A stretch of DNA of 64,000 nucleotides from Planctomycetia bacterium (lineage in GTDB: Bacteria > Planctomycetota > Phycisphaerae > Phycisphaerales > SM1A02): contig SXUI01000040.1 of the NCBI GenBank assembly GCA_005790605.1, positions 16,941 through 80,940 on the forward strand, given 5' to 3'. Position 1 is the stretch's first letter. Each line of letters starts with the position of its first letter. A program made the position numbers and the translations under genes. Positions 54,027-64,000 of the stretch are shown here, one piece after another. The notes beneath the pieces were generated by a model that was given only the letters and a program-made list of their open reading frames with translations, ran no database searches and was not told the origin of the DNA.

Positions 54027-56240
54027 TCAGGATTTCACGCCAGGCGCTGGAACAGGAGTGGAAACCTTCGAATCGCGCACCATGTTGGCAAGCAGCAGTT
54101 GCACCAGTCCCGCGTTTGAGTCGCCCACGCCACCGCCGTTGACGACAACATCGGGCGTGATCTTGAGACCTGCACTCGCGATGGTCTTGACAACTTCCAC
54201 CGTCGTGACGCCCTGAGCAGTCAGCGCTTCGACTTGCTTCCGATACGCCTCGGCCTGTGCCTGACCCTTCGACTGAATCACCCCTGCTTCCGCTTCGCCG
54301 ACTTGCCTGACGCGACCAGCTTCGGCCTCGGCCTGAATGCGAATCTGCGCCGCAGTGCCCCGCGCGCGCTCCTCGGCCTGCGACGCCTCGTGCTTCGCGA
54401 TGGAAATGCCGACCTCTGCTCGAATGATCGAGTCCTGCTGATCGGCTTGCGCCTTCGTCTTTTGAAACTCAATGCGACGCTTTTCCGCCTGCTCCTGCGC
54501 GTCGAACATCGACTTGCGCTGTTCTGCGAGATTCTTCTCCTGCGTCGTCTTCATGAGCGCTTCGGGAAGATGAATGTTGGTGATCATGACGCTCACGACT
54601 TCAACTTTGTAGCTCGAGAGATCGTCACGCACGGCGCGCTCCGCAGCGGTTTGCTCTTCGGCGCGGTTCTGCTGATAGGAAATCGCGGGCGACTTCGAGA
54701 CCTGTGCGCGGAAGATGCCGTCGATCTGCGGGTGAATCACATTGGCTTCAAGGTCAGCAATCGACCCGAGCTTCTGCACGACATACGGAGCGTTCTCGGG
54801 AAGAATTCGGTACTGGCAGCGCACTTCAACTTTCATTTCGAAGCCGTCGTGCGAGACGACTTGAAACGGATCGAAGTTGGCATCGGTCGCGCCACCGCCC
54901 CACTCAACGCTGCGCGTCGTGGTTGGAATCGGAATGACCGTGAAGGCGCGAGGATTGATGTTGTACTTACCAGGGCCGAGCACATTCCGTTGGATGCCGC
55001 GGAAGCCATCGGGCACGACATGACGCGTCCGCACGCCGCGATCCATGCGCGCCTCTTCAGGATCATGCGCGCCGCGCGCCATCGATGCGCCTGATGCGAG
55101 ATCGTCTTCCGTTCCGAGCGTCGATGGATCGAGGCCGATGTTGGAAATGAGCACGCCAACTTCGCCTTGCCGCACGATCGTCAGCGGCGCAGGAACCACG
55201 GAAAACAAGTACGGATTCACATAGTAGGTACCAGGGCGCAACACCGATTCCTGCGGACCGCGGCGTCCTCCGTGCTCAAGAAATGCTTGCCCATCCTGAA
55301 AACTATTGTGCAAGCCAACATCAGGCGTCGGCGCCACAACATCCTCTTTCGACATCGGCTTGCCGTCGCGCGCATCGACCATCCCGATCTGATTCTCCGC
55401 AATCGCGATCGCGGCTTGCAGTTCGACGCTGAACATGTCGGTGAAAATGTTGTAGGTCCCGGGTCGCAAGAACTGGATTTGAGGCCCCTTTTGTCCAGCG
55501 CGTTGCAGGAAGACTTCGGCCTTCTGAAAGCAATCGTGCCCGTCGACACTCTTACCAAGGAGTTGACCCTGCTCGAGTGCCCCGCCGTCGGCAGCGGTCA
55601 CCACGCCGATCGCACCTTGCGGCACAACCGTCTTCGCAATCTTCTCGACGCGGAACAGCAGCGGGTGAATCTTGTAGGTTCCGTTGGTCAAGAAGCGAAG
55701 TTGCTTGCCGCGAATACCGCCGCTATTGAGAAACGCAACCGGATCCTGAAAGTTGTCGTGCGCTGCCCCGCCTTTGTCTTCGGCGTAAATGCGACCAGAC
55801 GGCATCGGTTCGCCGTCGGTTGCGGTCACGACGCCGAGCTCGTCCGGGCCAATGGTGACGAAGTCGTACTTGCCCACGAGGCGCACGAATGGCCACGGAA
55901 CCACATGAAGTCCCGGCGCGAGATATGCGGCTTGCACGCCGACTTCACCTTTCGCGCTGAACACGCGACCAGGCGAGAGCGTCGGACCGCTGAAGCGCCT
56001 TTCGGTGATGGCGATTTCACTTGAGCCGACATTCACAATCCAGCGCGTGACAAAAAAATGCAGCGCGCAAAGGCCGATGATTCCAGCCAAAGCAATCCAA
56101 ACAAGTTGCGGGACTTGCGAAATGGGCACTTGCGCGAGCATCATTCGTTCTCCGCTTCGTATCGCGGCAGCACGCTGTCGCGTGCGCAGTGTACTCTGCT
56201 GCGGCAGAACCGGAACAAAGGTCATCCCGGTTTGCGCCAA
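54027..56240 (-). CDS. flotillin-like SPFH/band-7 protein with extended N-terminal repeat region
   Basis: N-terminal TM helix. Four to five degenerate repeats 'G(T/K)Y(K/N/Y)I(H/F/N)P..F(R/S)V'. SPFH domain. Long Ala/Glu/Gln-rich flotillin coiled coil. Confidence 0.8.
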   Translation of the reverse strand: MAQTGMTFVPVLPQQSTLRTRQRAAAIRSGERMMLAQVPISQVPQLVWIALAGIIGLCALHFFVTRWIVNVGSSEIAITERRFSGPTLSPGRVFSAKGEVGVQAAYLAPGLHVVPWPFVRLVGKYDFVTIGPDELGVVTATDGEPMPSGRIYAEDKGGAAHDNFQDPVAFLNSGGIRGKQLRFLTNGTYKIHPLLFRVEKIAKTVVPQGAIGVVTAADGGALEQGQLLGKSVDGHDCFQKAEVFLQRAGQKGPQIQFLRPGTYNIFTDMFSVELQAAIAIAENQIGMVDARDGKPMSKEDVVAPTPDVGLHNSFQDGQAFLEHGGRRGPQESVLRPGTYYVNPYLFSVVPAPLTIVRQGEVGVLISNIGLDPSTLGTEDDLASGASMARGAHDPEEARMDRGVRTRHVVPDGFRGIQRNVLGPGKYNINPRAFTVIPIPTTTRSVEWGGGATDANFDPFQVVSHDGFEMKVEVRCQYRILPENAPYVVQKLGSIADLEANVIHPQIDGIFRAQVSKSPAISYQQNRAEEQTAAERAVRDDLSSYKVEVVSVMITNIHLPEALMKTTQEKNLAEQRKSMFDAQEQAEKRRIEFQKTKAQADQQDSIIRAEVGISIAKHEASQAEERARGTAAQIRIQAEAEAGRVRQVGEAEAGVIQSKGQAQAEAYRKQVEALTAQGVTTVEVVKTIASAGLKITPDVVVNGGGVGDSNAGLVQLLLANMVRDSKVSTPVPAPGVKS

Positions 56241-56347
56241 TGACTTCCGTCGTTGCTTTGAGGTGTGCGCCGCCTTGAGCCGAGCAACCGCACGTTTTCA
56301 TGAGCCCAACCATCGAATCTACCGCGCGCGTCAGTACGCTGTAGTCC

Positions 56348-57226
56348 ATGATCGGCCATCAAACACTCCAGCTCGCCGCCGTCCTCTCACTCGCCACCGC
56401 ACAGTTCGCCGGGGCCGACTTCACAGGCTGGATCGTTGAGCGCGTCGATCGCGAGGGGCTCGTACGGTTCGATGTGTGGGCCACCTTTGACGATCCGCTC
56501 GACGAGATTGCCTTGCTCCTTTACCTCACGCTTGCGGAAGGGTCGCCAGTCTTCCATCACCGGGATGTGCTCACGCAAGGCGCCGACTCGACAGTTGTGG
56601 GCAGTTGGGATCCGAACTTCGTCCTCGCACCCGACGCGATGGACTCTTACTTGATGCTCGGTGGTGGGACCGGCTTGGCATCGGGCAACCTGACCTTCGC
56701 CGGCGTGGAATGGGGACTTCCAGGTTGGCATGTACCGCAAATCCCCTTCGGCGACTACCTCACCGGACCATCGATCCTCGTCGCGCATCAGAACGGGCAA
56801 GGATTCGTTGGAAAGGACGGGCGCGTGCAGGTTGGAAGTTTCGTAGTCTCGCCAGCAGATGCGGAAGCCGGCGCGATTGTGTACGCAAAGATCGGCCACC
56901 GCGACCAACCCTTCCTCAATATCCTCCATCGACAAACGCAGTTCTGCTTGGGAGGGCCATGCGCGATCCCTGACTGCAACGCCAACGGTTTGATCGACGG
57001 CGCAGATATCGCATTCGGCATGGCTGACTCGGATGGAGACGATCAGCCCGACGACTGCGAACGCCAGCGCGGTGATCTGAACCTCGACAACGCGACCAAT
57101 GGCGCAGACCTTGCGATGCTGCTCGACGCGTGGGGACCGGGGTCAGGCGTCGCCGACATCAATGACGACCTCTTCGTGAACGGCGCGGATCTCGCGATCC
57201 TGCTGTCGAACTGGGGCGAGCACTGA
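56348..57226 (+). CDS. secreted protein with C-terminal dockerin-like repeats
   Basis: Signal peptide (LQLAAVLSLATAQFAGA). C-terminus 'DLNLDNATNGADLAMLLDAWG', 'DINDDLFVNGADLAILLSNWG'. Confidence 0.55.
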   Translation: MIGHQTLQLAAVLSLATAQFAGADFTGWIVERVDREGLVRFDVWATFDDPLDEIALLLYLTLAEGSPVFHHRDVLTQGADSTVVGSWDPNFVLAPDAMDSYLMLGGGTGLASGNLTFAGVEWGLPGWHVPQIPFGDYLTGPSILVAHQNGQGFVGKDGRVQVGSFVVSPADAEAGAIVYAKIGHRDQPFLNILHRQTQFCLGGPCAIPDCNANGLIDGADIAFGMADSDGDDQPDDCERQRGDLNLDNATNGADLAMLLDAWGPGSGVADINDDLFVNGADLAILLSNWGEH

Positions 57227-57233
57227 CGGACGA

Positions 57234-58085
57234 TTGTGCGCCGCGGGTACATTCTGCGGCGTGCGCGTCGCGTTGTTCACCACCTGTCTTGCCGAAGCGC
57301 TTGCGCCGCGCGCGCTGAAGGCAGCGGTGCTCGTGCTTGAGCATTGCGGCGTCGCGCCTGAAGTGCCGCTCGCGCAGACTTGCTGCGGGCAACCACTTCT
57401 ATCAAACGGTCTGCCGAACGACGGCGCGAAACTTGCGCAGCGAATGTGCGAGATCTTCGCGCCCTATGACGCGGTCGTGACACCTTCGGGATCTTGCTGC
57501 TCAGTCGTGCGCGAGAAGTACGCTGGCCTGTTTGCCGAAGGCTCGCGCGAACGCGCCAACGCCAATGTGCTTGCGGCGAAGACCTTCGAGTTCATCGAGT
57601 TTCTCGAAACGCAGTTGAAGATCGATCCGACCACACTCAAGCCGAAGGACTGCTCGGCGAACGCGCGCTGCGCAACACTCACTTGCCATGACGCCTGCCA
57701 TTTGCGCGGACTTCATCGCCATGGGTGCACAGCGCCCTTCCTACGAAGTGCTGGGTGCGGCACAGTGCGCGACCTACCGGACATGTCGCAATGCTGCGGT
57801 TTCGGAGGAATGTTTAGCACGCAGTTTCCCGAGGTTTCATCCGCACTCGGTGATGAGAAGCTCGCGCATTTCACTTCGACCGGCGCCGCGGTTCTAGTTG
57901 CAAGTGATACGGGCTGCGCAGCGCACCTCGCGGGACTCGCGCATCGAAAGGGCGTTGCGATTCGCGTGATTTCGCCCGCTGAGGCGATCGCGGAGTCGCT
58001 TGGTCTTCTTGCGCGCGAGGTCACCTCAGCGAACGCGAGCACGGAGGCTGCGATGCATCCGAAAAATGGAACTGAGGTCGGGTGA
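57234..58085 (+). CDS. lutA: lactate utilization protein A-like Fe-S oxidoreductase (two CCG domains)
   Basis: Cys-rich 'CCGQP' and 'CCGFGG' motifs. Operon with lutB/lutC-like genes. Confidence 0.65.
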   Translation: MCAAGTFCGVRVALFTTCLAEALAPRALKAAVLVLEHCGVAPEVPLAQTCCGQPLLSNGLPNDGAKLAQRMCEIFAPYDAVVTPSGSCCSVVREKYAGLFAEGSRERANANVLAAKTFEFIEFLETQLKIDPTTLKPKDCSANARCATLTCHDACHLRGLHRHGCTAPFLRSAGCGTVRDLPDMSQCCGFGGMFSTQFPEVSSALGDEKLAHFTSTGAAVLVASDTGCAAHLAGLAHRKGVAIRVISPAEAIAESLGLLAREVTSANASTEAAMHPKNGTEVG

Positions 58086-59572
58086 TGAACGAACTCATCG
58101 CCCCGCCACTTCCGTTCGATATGAAGCCGCGCGCGCGTGAAGCGGTGCGCGACCTGAAACTGCAGCAATTCGTCGGCAGCGCTACGCACTTGAAGGACAT
58201 CCATCGCGGAGGCATCTTCGACCGCGACTTCGGCCACGACTACGACGCGCTACGCACCGTCGCCCGCGACACAAAGCAGCATGCGCTCGATCATCTCGAC
58301 GAACTCCTCGAGCAGTTCATCGCGAACGCGCGAGCGTCAGGCGCGACCGTCCATGCCGCGACAACTGGCGCCGAGGCGTGCGAAATCGCGCTTCGAATCG
58401 CGCGCGCACATGGAGCCTTGAGTTGCGTGAAGAGCAAGTCGATGGTCACTGAGGAGATCGGGCTGCTGCCCGCGTTTGAAGCCGCAGGCATCAAGACTCT
58501 TGAAACCGATCTCGGCGAGTTCATCCTGCAGATCGACGGCGACGCGCCCTCGCACATCGTCACACCGATGATTCACAAGGACCGAGTGGCAACCGCACAG
58601 AGCTTCGTGCGCGAACTCGGCGCGCGCTACACCGAAGATCCGACCGAGCTCACCATGATCGCGCGCGAGCACATGCGCGGCCTCTACCGCGCGGCCGACA
58701 TCGGCGTCTCGGGCGCAAACTTCCTCCTCGCTGACGAGGGTGCAGCCGTCATCTGCACCAACGAAGGCAACTTCGATCTTTCTGTGGGCGGTCCGCCCGT
58801 GCACATCGTCTTCGTCGGCATCGAGAAGCTCATCCGCGGCGCGCGCGACCTCGCACCTTTTCTGAAGCTGCTCGCGCGCAGCGGCACCGCGCAGCCGCTC
58901 ACGGTCTACACGAGTTTCGTGCGCGGTCCACGCCGTGCAGGCGAACACGGCGGTCCGAAGGAACTTCACTTCGTGCTCGTCGACGCGGGCCGCGTAGGAG
59001 TGCTTGCGAGCGAGAAGCGTGATCTCCTGCGATGCATCCGTTGCGGCGCGTGCCTCAACGCCTGCCCGGTTTACCGCAAAGTTGGGGGACACTCTTACGG
59101 CTCAATGTATGCAGGCCCGATTGGCGCGGTGCTCACGCCGGAACTCGAACGCGCGCAAGCTGGCGGCGGCGCGGGTCTGGCGAACTACGCGGATCTTCCG
59201 CGCGCAAGTTCGCTTTGCGGCGCGTGCTACGAAGTGTGTCCAGTCAAGATCGACATCCCGAAGTTCTTGCTGCATGATCGTGCGCGATTGCGCGAACGGG
59301 GGCTTTCGCCGAAGTCTGAAGGCGCGATGCTGAGACTCTGGCGATGGCTCGCTGAACGACCGATGCTCTTCCGGCTCGCGATCGGCGCGGCACGGCTGCA
59401 CGCGCGCTTGCTCGGCCAGAAAGATGGCTCGCGCGCTTGGCTGCGCGCGGCGCCAGGACCAGGCGCTGGGTGGACGCAGTCGCGCGATCTCGGCATGCCA
59501 ACCGGCGAGCGTTTCCGCGATTGGTTCGCGACGCACGCCGCGAAGCGCGACACGAAGCGAGGTGCACGATGA
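58082..59572 (+). CDS. lutB: lactate utilization protein B-like (4Fe-4S, DUF162/LUD domain)
   Basis: 'CIRCGACLNACPVYR' and 'CGACYEVCPVKIDIP' ferredoxin motifs. Start overlaps the lutA stop. Confidence 0.75.
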   Translation: MMNELIAPPLPFDMKPRAREAVRDLKLQQFVGSATHLKDIHRGGIFDRDFGHDYDALRTVARDTKQHALDHLDELLEQFIANARASGATVHAATTGAEACEIALRIARAHGALSCVKSKSMVTEEIGLLPAFEAAGIKTLETDLGEFILQIDGDAPSHIVTPMIHKDRVATAQSFVRELGARYTEDPTELTMIAREHMRGLYRAADIGVSGANFLLADEGAAVICTNEGNFDLSVGGPPVHIVFVGIEKLIRGARDLAPFLKLLARSGTAQPLTVYTSFVRGPRRAGEHGGPKELHFVLVDAGRVGVLASEKRDLLRCIRCGACLNACPVYRKVGGHSYGSMYAGPIGAVLTPELERAQAGGGAGLANYADLPRASSLCGACYEVCPVKIDIPKFLLHDRARLRERGLSPKSEGAMLRLWRWLAERPMLFRLAIGAARLHARLLGQKDGSRAWLRAAPGPGAGWTQSRDLGMPTGERFRDWFATHAAKRDTKRGAR

Positions 59573-60303
59573 CGGCGCCTCATGAGAAGTCGAGGGATGA
59601 AGTTGCGAACAACGCAAACGAACGGACCGATGACGGCGATAGAGCGATCGACGCTCTGCTCGCCCGTGTGCGAGCAGCAGTGAGCGCGCAACCCGTGACC
59701 GTTGCCGAGGTGCCGTCACACGCGGTCGTTCGTCGCATCGCCAACGATGCGAGCGATCTCGCTGGTCTCTTCGAGACGCAGGCAACGGCGGTTGGTATGC
59801 GCGTGACGCGCGTGCATGGAAATCAAGTCGGCGGCCCTAGCACGCTCGACGCCGAAATCGCACAAACACTCGCGCGCCTCATCGACTCGCACGCCGGAAC
59901 AACGGGGCGAGCCGTTGTGGCAGTGAAGGATAGAGAGCTCGCACGCATCGCCGAGTGCGCTGCGGGCGCGCGCCTCGCATCCAACACCGACGACGATTTG
60001 CTCTTCGGCTGCGCCGTCGGAATCACCGATGTCGATGCGGCGATTGCCGAGAGCGGCTCGCTGGTTGTCTCGACAAACTACAGGATCCGAAACGCATGGA
60101 TCACGCCGCCGATTCACATTGCGCTCGTCCGCGAGTCGCAGGTCTTGGCGGACCTCGTCGACCTCTTTGAATCTCGACAGGATGCGCTCGACGCAGCGTC
60201 AACGACGATCATCACTGGCCCGTCAAAGACCGCCGACATTGAAGGCGTGCTCGTGACTGGAGTACACGGTCCAGCGGCGGTCGAGATTGTGCTTGTGGCA
60301 TGA
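59569..60303 (+). CDS. lutC: LUD-domain protein (lactate utilization protein C-like)
   Basis: ATG overlaps the lutB stop (ATGA). C-terminal block typical of LutC. Start is the internal Met of ORF 59437-60303. Confidence 0.6.
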   Translation: MTAPHEKSRDEVANNANERTDDGDRAIDALLARVRAAVSAQPVTVAEVPSHAVVRRIANDASDLAGLFETQATAVGMRVTRVHGNQVGGPSTLDAEIAQTLARLIDSHAGTTGRAVVAVKDRELARIAECAAGARLASNTDDDLLFGCAVGITDVDAAIAESGSLVVSTNYRIRNAWITPPIHIALVRESQVLADLVDLFESRQDALDAASTTIITGPSKTADIEGVLVTGVHGPAAVEIVLVA

Positions 60304-60449
60304 ACGCGCGGAGAGTGAACCGATGGCCCTTGGACTTGTCGAGTGCGCCGAAAAAGCTTGATCGTCGGCGCGCTCGCGAATAGAGTGAAGATGGCAAGAC
60401 AGTCCAGTCGCTCGTTCACGGTGCGGTTGAACCCTGAAGAGAGCGAAAC

Positions 60450-60662
60450 ATGACGCGCCAACGCTTGACTCTGTGCTCAATCATTTCCCTCATGCTCGCG
60501 GGCGTAACCGCGGCGCTGAGCGTGTCAATCGATGCAATGCTCTTGATACCGCACCCAAGTGATCTTGGCAGTCAACTTTGGATTGGCGCCGCCGGCCTCG
60601 CCATCACGAGTCTTGTGCTAGCCACCCTCGTGCTCACGATGCAAAGGCGTAAAGACCGTTAG
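60450..60662 (+). CDS. small two-TM membrane protein
   Basis: 70 aa with two hydrophobic helices. RBS-like GAAGAGAG upstream. Confidence 0.3.
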   Translation: MTRQRLTLCSIISLMLAGVTAALSVSIDAMLLIPHPSDLGSQLWIGAAGLAITSLVLATLVLTMQRRKDR

Positions 60663-60889
60663 ACGCGTTGCGGAATACCAACGGGCTCGCCGAGCGACGC
60701 ATCAGAGCGAATTGACTTCTGGAGCATGCGCGGGCGAGAGGGCAAGCGGGATGAACCACGCCAGCGGACGCTTTGCCCCGCACGCAGTGGCCCCTTCGTC
60801 GGAGCATCGTGACCTTGAGACTGCGAATGTACGCTACGCGAGTTCACTAGTGAATCAGCGACCGAGTCTTCGAAAACGGATGCTCCATC

Positions 60890-62311
60890 ATGATCAAGTT
60901 TGCTCTCGTTCTGATTTTCGCAACCGTCGCGCACGCGACTGTCGTCAGATCCACCGAGACACCCAACATCGTCATCATTTACGCCGACGACATCGGCTAC
61001 GGCGATCTCGGTTGCTACGGCGCAACGAAGGTGAAGACGCCCAACTGCGACAGACTCGCTGCGAGCGGATTGCGTTTCACCGACGGACACAGTGTCGCGA
61101 GCGTCTGCACTCCTTCGCGCTACTCCCTCATGACGGGCGAGTATGCGTTTCGCAGGAAAGGAACAGGCATCGCGTCGGGACTTGAAGGGCTGCTGATCTC
61201 GCCTGAACGAACGACGCTGCCGTCGATGCTGAAGTCTGGCGGCTACACCACGGCTGTCGTCGGCAAGTGGCATCTTGGATTGGGTACGACACCGACGAAC
61301 TACAACGAACCAATCAAACCTGGTCCGCGCGAAGTCGGGTTCGACTACGCATGGATCCTGCCGGCCACCGGCGACCGCGTGCCATGCGTGTGGATCGAAA
61401 ACGATCGCGTTGTCGGTCTCGACGCAAAGGACCCGATCGCGTTGGATTACTCAATCAAGCGCGGCGACCCAAAGTCGTTCATCAACGGGGTTCCCCGCAT
61501 TGGCGGCCAGACGGGAGGCGCAGCCGCACTCTGGAAGGACGACGAGATGTCGCTCGTCATCGCTCGTAAAGGCTGCGAGTTCATTCACGACAACAAGGAC
61601 AGACCGTTCTTTCTCTTTGCAGCCACGCACAACGTTCATGTGCCGCGGGTGCCTAACGCCATGTTCAAAGGCAAGAGCGAAGCCGGCGTTCGCGGCGATG
61701 CCATCGTCGAGTTCGATTGGATCGTTGGTCAGTTGCTCGACCAACTCGAAGCCGACGGACTGACGGAGAACACGCTCGTGTTGCTCACCTCCGACAACGG
61801 CGGCGTAAACGACGACAATGGTCCAGACAAAGTGCACGGCATCGGCGACCCGGACAGTACGAACGGACATGAGCCTAACGGTCCGCTGCGCGGCGCGAAG
61901 GGCTCGGTGTTTGAAGGAGGCACGCGAGTTCCGTTCATCATTCGGTGGCCCGCGAAGATTCGGCCGGGCGCATCGCATGCTCTCATAAGCCAGATTGATC
62001 TGCTCGCAACTTTCGCGACGCTCACCCAGCAGCAGATCAAGTTCGGCGAAGCTCCGGACAGCGAAAGTCATCTCGATGCACTCTTGGGAATCAAAGAGAC
62101 CGGACGAGAATGGCTCGTTGAGCAGTCCAACAACGGCGCGCCCTTTGGCATTCGCCATGGCACTTGGAAACTGATTCCGACAGCCAATAGTCCGGCCCTG
62201 TTTGACCTCGCGACGGACTTGGGTGAATCGACAAACCTCGCGAGCACCGAACCCGGCCGCGTGAAAGCGATGCTTGCAAAGCTGGAAGCGATCGTTCGCG
62301 CGTTGCACTAA
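60890..62311 (+). CDS. arylsulfatase (sulfatase family, formylglycine-dependent)
   Basis: Signal peptide. 'IYADDIGYGDLGCYGA'. 'CTPSRYSLMTG' (C-x-P-x-R FGly motif). Confidence 0.85.
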   Translation: MIKFALVLIFATVAHATVVRSTETPNIVIIYADDIGYGDLGCYGATKVKTPNCDRLAASGLRFTDGHSVASVCTPSRYSLMTGEYAFRRKGTGIASGLEGLLISPERTTLPSMLKSGGYTTAVVGKWHLGLGTTPTNYNEPIKPGPREVGFDYAWILPATGDRVPCVWIENDRVVGLDAKDPIALDYSIKRGDPKSFINGVPRIGGQTGGAAALWKDDEMSLVIARKGCEFIHDNKDRPFFLFAATHNVHVPRVPNAMFKGKSEAGVRGDAIVEFDWIVGQLLDQLEADGLTENTLVLLTSDNGGVNDDNGPDKVHGIGDPDSTNGHEPNGPLRGAKGSVFEGGTRVPFIIRWPAKIRPGASHALISQIDLLATFATLTQQQIKFGEAPDSESHLDALLGIKETGREWLVEQSNNGAPFGIRHGTWKLIPTANSPALFDLATDLGESTNLASTEPGRVKAMLAKLEAIVRALH

Positions 62312-62356
62312 CCGCTCTCGACGCCACCGTGACAACTTCGTCACAGACCTCCTCAA

Positions 62357-63964
62357 TCACTCCTCGCGCCTTCCACCCAACTGATCCAGAACCGCGTTGA
62401 GCAGCGTCTGGTTGCGGTCGGCCGTGATCTCCCAGAACATGAATCCACCGAGATTGTGCTCGCGCGCGTAGTCGGCTTTCACGCCGATGGATTGTGTGTC
62501 TTCATAGGAAACGAAGTGGCCGCCGTGTTGCGTCGGGTGATACGCCCACACTGCTTTCGCGATGGGATCCCAGTACCGCGCATAGCCGCCACTCGACAAG
62601 AACTCCTCGATCTGCGTGAAGTCGTTGACGCCTGTGGCGCCGGACGACCAATCATCCCAAGTCCCAGGCGGAACTCCCGTCGCTGATTGGAACAACCCAG
62701 CATTTGTCGCGCCGACACCCTTCCACGCATGACCATAGAACGCAAGGCCGGGAACGATCTTCTCGGAGGGAACGCCGGCGGCGAGAAACGCATCGAGAGC
62801 AGTGCGCATGTTGTAGTGCTTCTGCGTGAATGACTTGCCTGCAGCTGGATTCCATGCAAATCCCGCGTGATGCCCCGTCTGTGACAAGTCCCACGCGCCA
62901 AAGAAATCGTAACTCATCACATTGATCCAATCGACATACTGGTGATAGGCACCGACCTCCGTGTTCGCGATCTTGTCGAGGCCTGCGCCGACGGCGACGG
63001 TGAGCAAGTACTCCTTGCCGTCCTCTTTCGATGCTGCGTCGATCTTCTCGCGGACTTTCGCGAGGAGCAGCGTGAAATTCTGCTTGTCTTCAGGTCGCGC
63101 GATGTTTGTCTCAAGCCCGCCACCACACGGATACTCCCAGTCGATGTCTATCCCGTCGAAACCGTATTGACGGATGAACGACACACAACTGTTGGCGAAT
63201 GTGGTGCGCCCCTGCTCGGTCAGCGCTGCATCGCTGAAGAGTCCGGAGAGCGTCCAACCTCCAACGGAGATGAGCGTCTTGAGGTGCGGGTGTTGCCGCT
63301 TGAGAACATTGTTCAGCTGGTTGTAGCAACCACGCAATGGCTGATCCCATGTGTCACCCGGATAGTTCTTCTCGGTCGCCGCGTAGCTATCAAACGGCGC
63401 GATCGTGAAGTCCGCATTGAGCTTCGCGAAGGCATAGTTGAGATGCGTCACCTTCTCAAATGGCGTATCGGCGGGCTGATAGTTGCGACCATAAATCCCC
63501 CACTCAATCCAATACCCGACGATCTTCTTCTCGTCTGGCAATTCCCCCCAACGAGAGAGGAGCGCCGCGAGATCGCCCGCATCAACAACTCCGTCGCGAT
63601 TCACATCAGCGGGAAACTCCGGACCTGGCGCTCCACGCGAACCCCATCCATCGAGGACCACCGACAGATCCGCCGCACCCACGAGTCGATCGCCGTCGAC
63701 ATCTTCGGGTGCCCAGTATGGACCTCGCGCTTCAACCGCAGGATTCTCACCACCACCGCCGCCGCCACCTGGAACGGCATATGCGACTTCAGCCGCGACT
63801 CCACTCACGCTGCAATTCGACACGGTCTGCGCCAGAGTTCCGACGCCGCCAAAGCCAACCGTCACTGTCGCGCCTGGCGCGATGGCCGCGTTCCAGCCGT
63901 CGTTCGCCACCGTATGCGTGACGCCACTCAATGAGTGCACGCCGTTCCACAGCGACGAGATCAC
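62357..63964 (-). CDS. GH18 chitinase-like glycoside hydrolase with dockerin-like repeats (N-terminus may lie beyond window)
   Basis: Catalytic 'DGIDIDWEYP' (DxxDxDxE). 'DVDGDRLVGAADLSVVLDGWG', 'DVNRDGVVDAGDLAALLSRWG'. No signal peptide at the first Met, so the ORF probably continues upstream past position 64000. Confidence 0.8.
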   Translation of the reverse strand: MISSLWNGVHSLSGVTHTVANDGWNAAIAPGATVTVGFGGVGTLAQTVSNCSVSGVAAEVAYAVPGGGGGGGENPAVEARGPYWAPEDVDGDRLVGAADLSVVLDGWGSRGAPGPEFPADVNRDGVVDAGDLAALLSRWGELPDEKKIVGYWIEWGIYGRNYQPADTPFEKVTHLNYAFAKLNADFTIAPFDSYAATEKNYPGDTWDQPLRGCYNQLNNVLKRQHPHLKTLISVGGWTLSGLFSDAALTEQGRTTFANSCVSFIRQYGFDGIDIDWEYPCGGGLETNIARPEDKQNFTLLLAKVREKIDAASKEDGKEYLLTVAVGAGLDKIANTEVGAYHQYVDWINVMSYDFFGAWDLSQTGHHAGFAWNPAAGKSFTQKHYNMRTALDAFLAAGVPSEKIVPGLAFYGHAWKGVGATNAGLFQSATGVPPGTWDDWSSGATGVNDFTQIEEFLSSGGYARYWDPIAKAVWAYHPTQHGGHFVSYEDTQSIGVKADYAREHNLGGFMFWEITADRNQTLLNAVLDQLGGRREE

Positions 63965-64000
63965 AGGACCGTTGTCGAAGACAAGTTGCCACGACGGAAT

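Overview
High-GC bacterial chromosome segment. The short C-terminal dockerin-like repeats ending in 'LLxxWG', a sulfatase and a GH18 chitinase suggest a Planctomycetota- or Verrucomicrobiota-like lineage, but this is a guess. Layout: (i) 1-7600 housekeeping genes on the + strand: an ABC ATPase, NAD kinase, seryl-tRNA synthetase, a CotH-kinase-like secreted protein and a DUF4956 membrane protein. (ii) A tRNA-Asn(GTT) at 7602-7674 is followed by a ~45-kb integrated element running to a 22-bp direct repeat of the tRNA 3' end at 52694-52715. The element begins with a DUF2924 gene and a large serine recombinase, then an early cassette of two unknown genes plus an ECF-like sigma factor. It continues with a recombination/replication module (PD-(D/E)XK nuclease, Sak4-like AAA_24 ATPase, DUF669, RusA, SF2 helicase, PrimPol-type primase), a ParB-methyltransferase fusion, and a short antisense operon. 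The lambda-like morphogenesis module (terminase, portal, fused protease-scaffold-capsid, DUF2190 protein, head-tail proteins, major tail protein, a chaperone pair with a candidate -1 frameshift, tape measure, distal tail proteins) is followed by a cargo region. The cargo holds SAM methyltransferases, a DUF115/Maf-like protein, a glycosyltransferase-like protein and a Ser/Gly-rich protein with an embedded Hint (bacterial intein-like) domain. It also holds a candidate Type IIS (Eco31I/BsaI-like) restriction-modification system: an HNH endonuclease, a circularly permuted m5C MTase and a gamma-class m6A MTase. A LexA/CI-like regulator sits divergent from a two-gene operon that includes an unassignable 953-aa protein, followed by further orphan genes and an IS3-family transposase remnant. 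(iii) After the attR-like repeat come a flotillin-like SPFH protein, a dockerin-tailed secreted protein, lutABC, a sulfatase and a dockerin-tailed GH18 chitinase. The least-understood parts, and the best candidates for an undescribed system, are the early two-gene cassette (10934-13115) and the LexA-like-regulated operon with the 953-aa protein (47435-50993) next to the RM system. The post-tail methylation/glycosylation cluster around the BIL-domain Ser/Gly-rich protein is the third.
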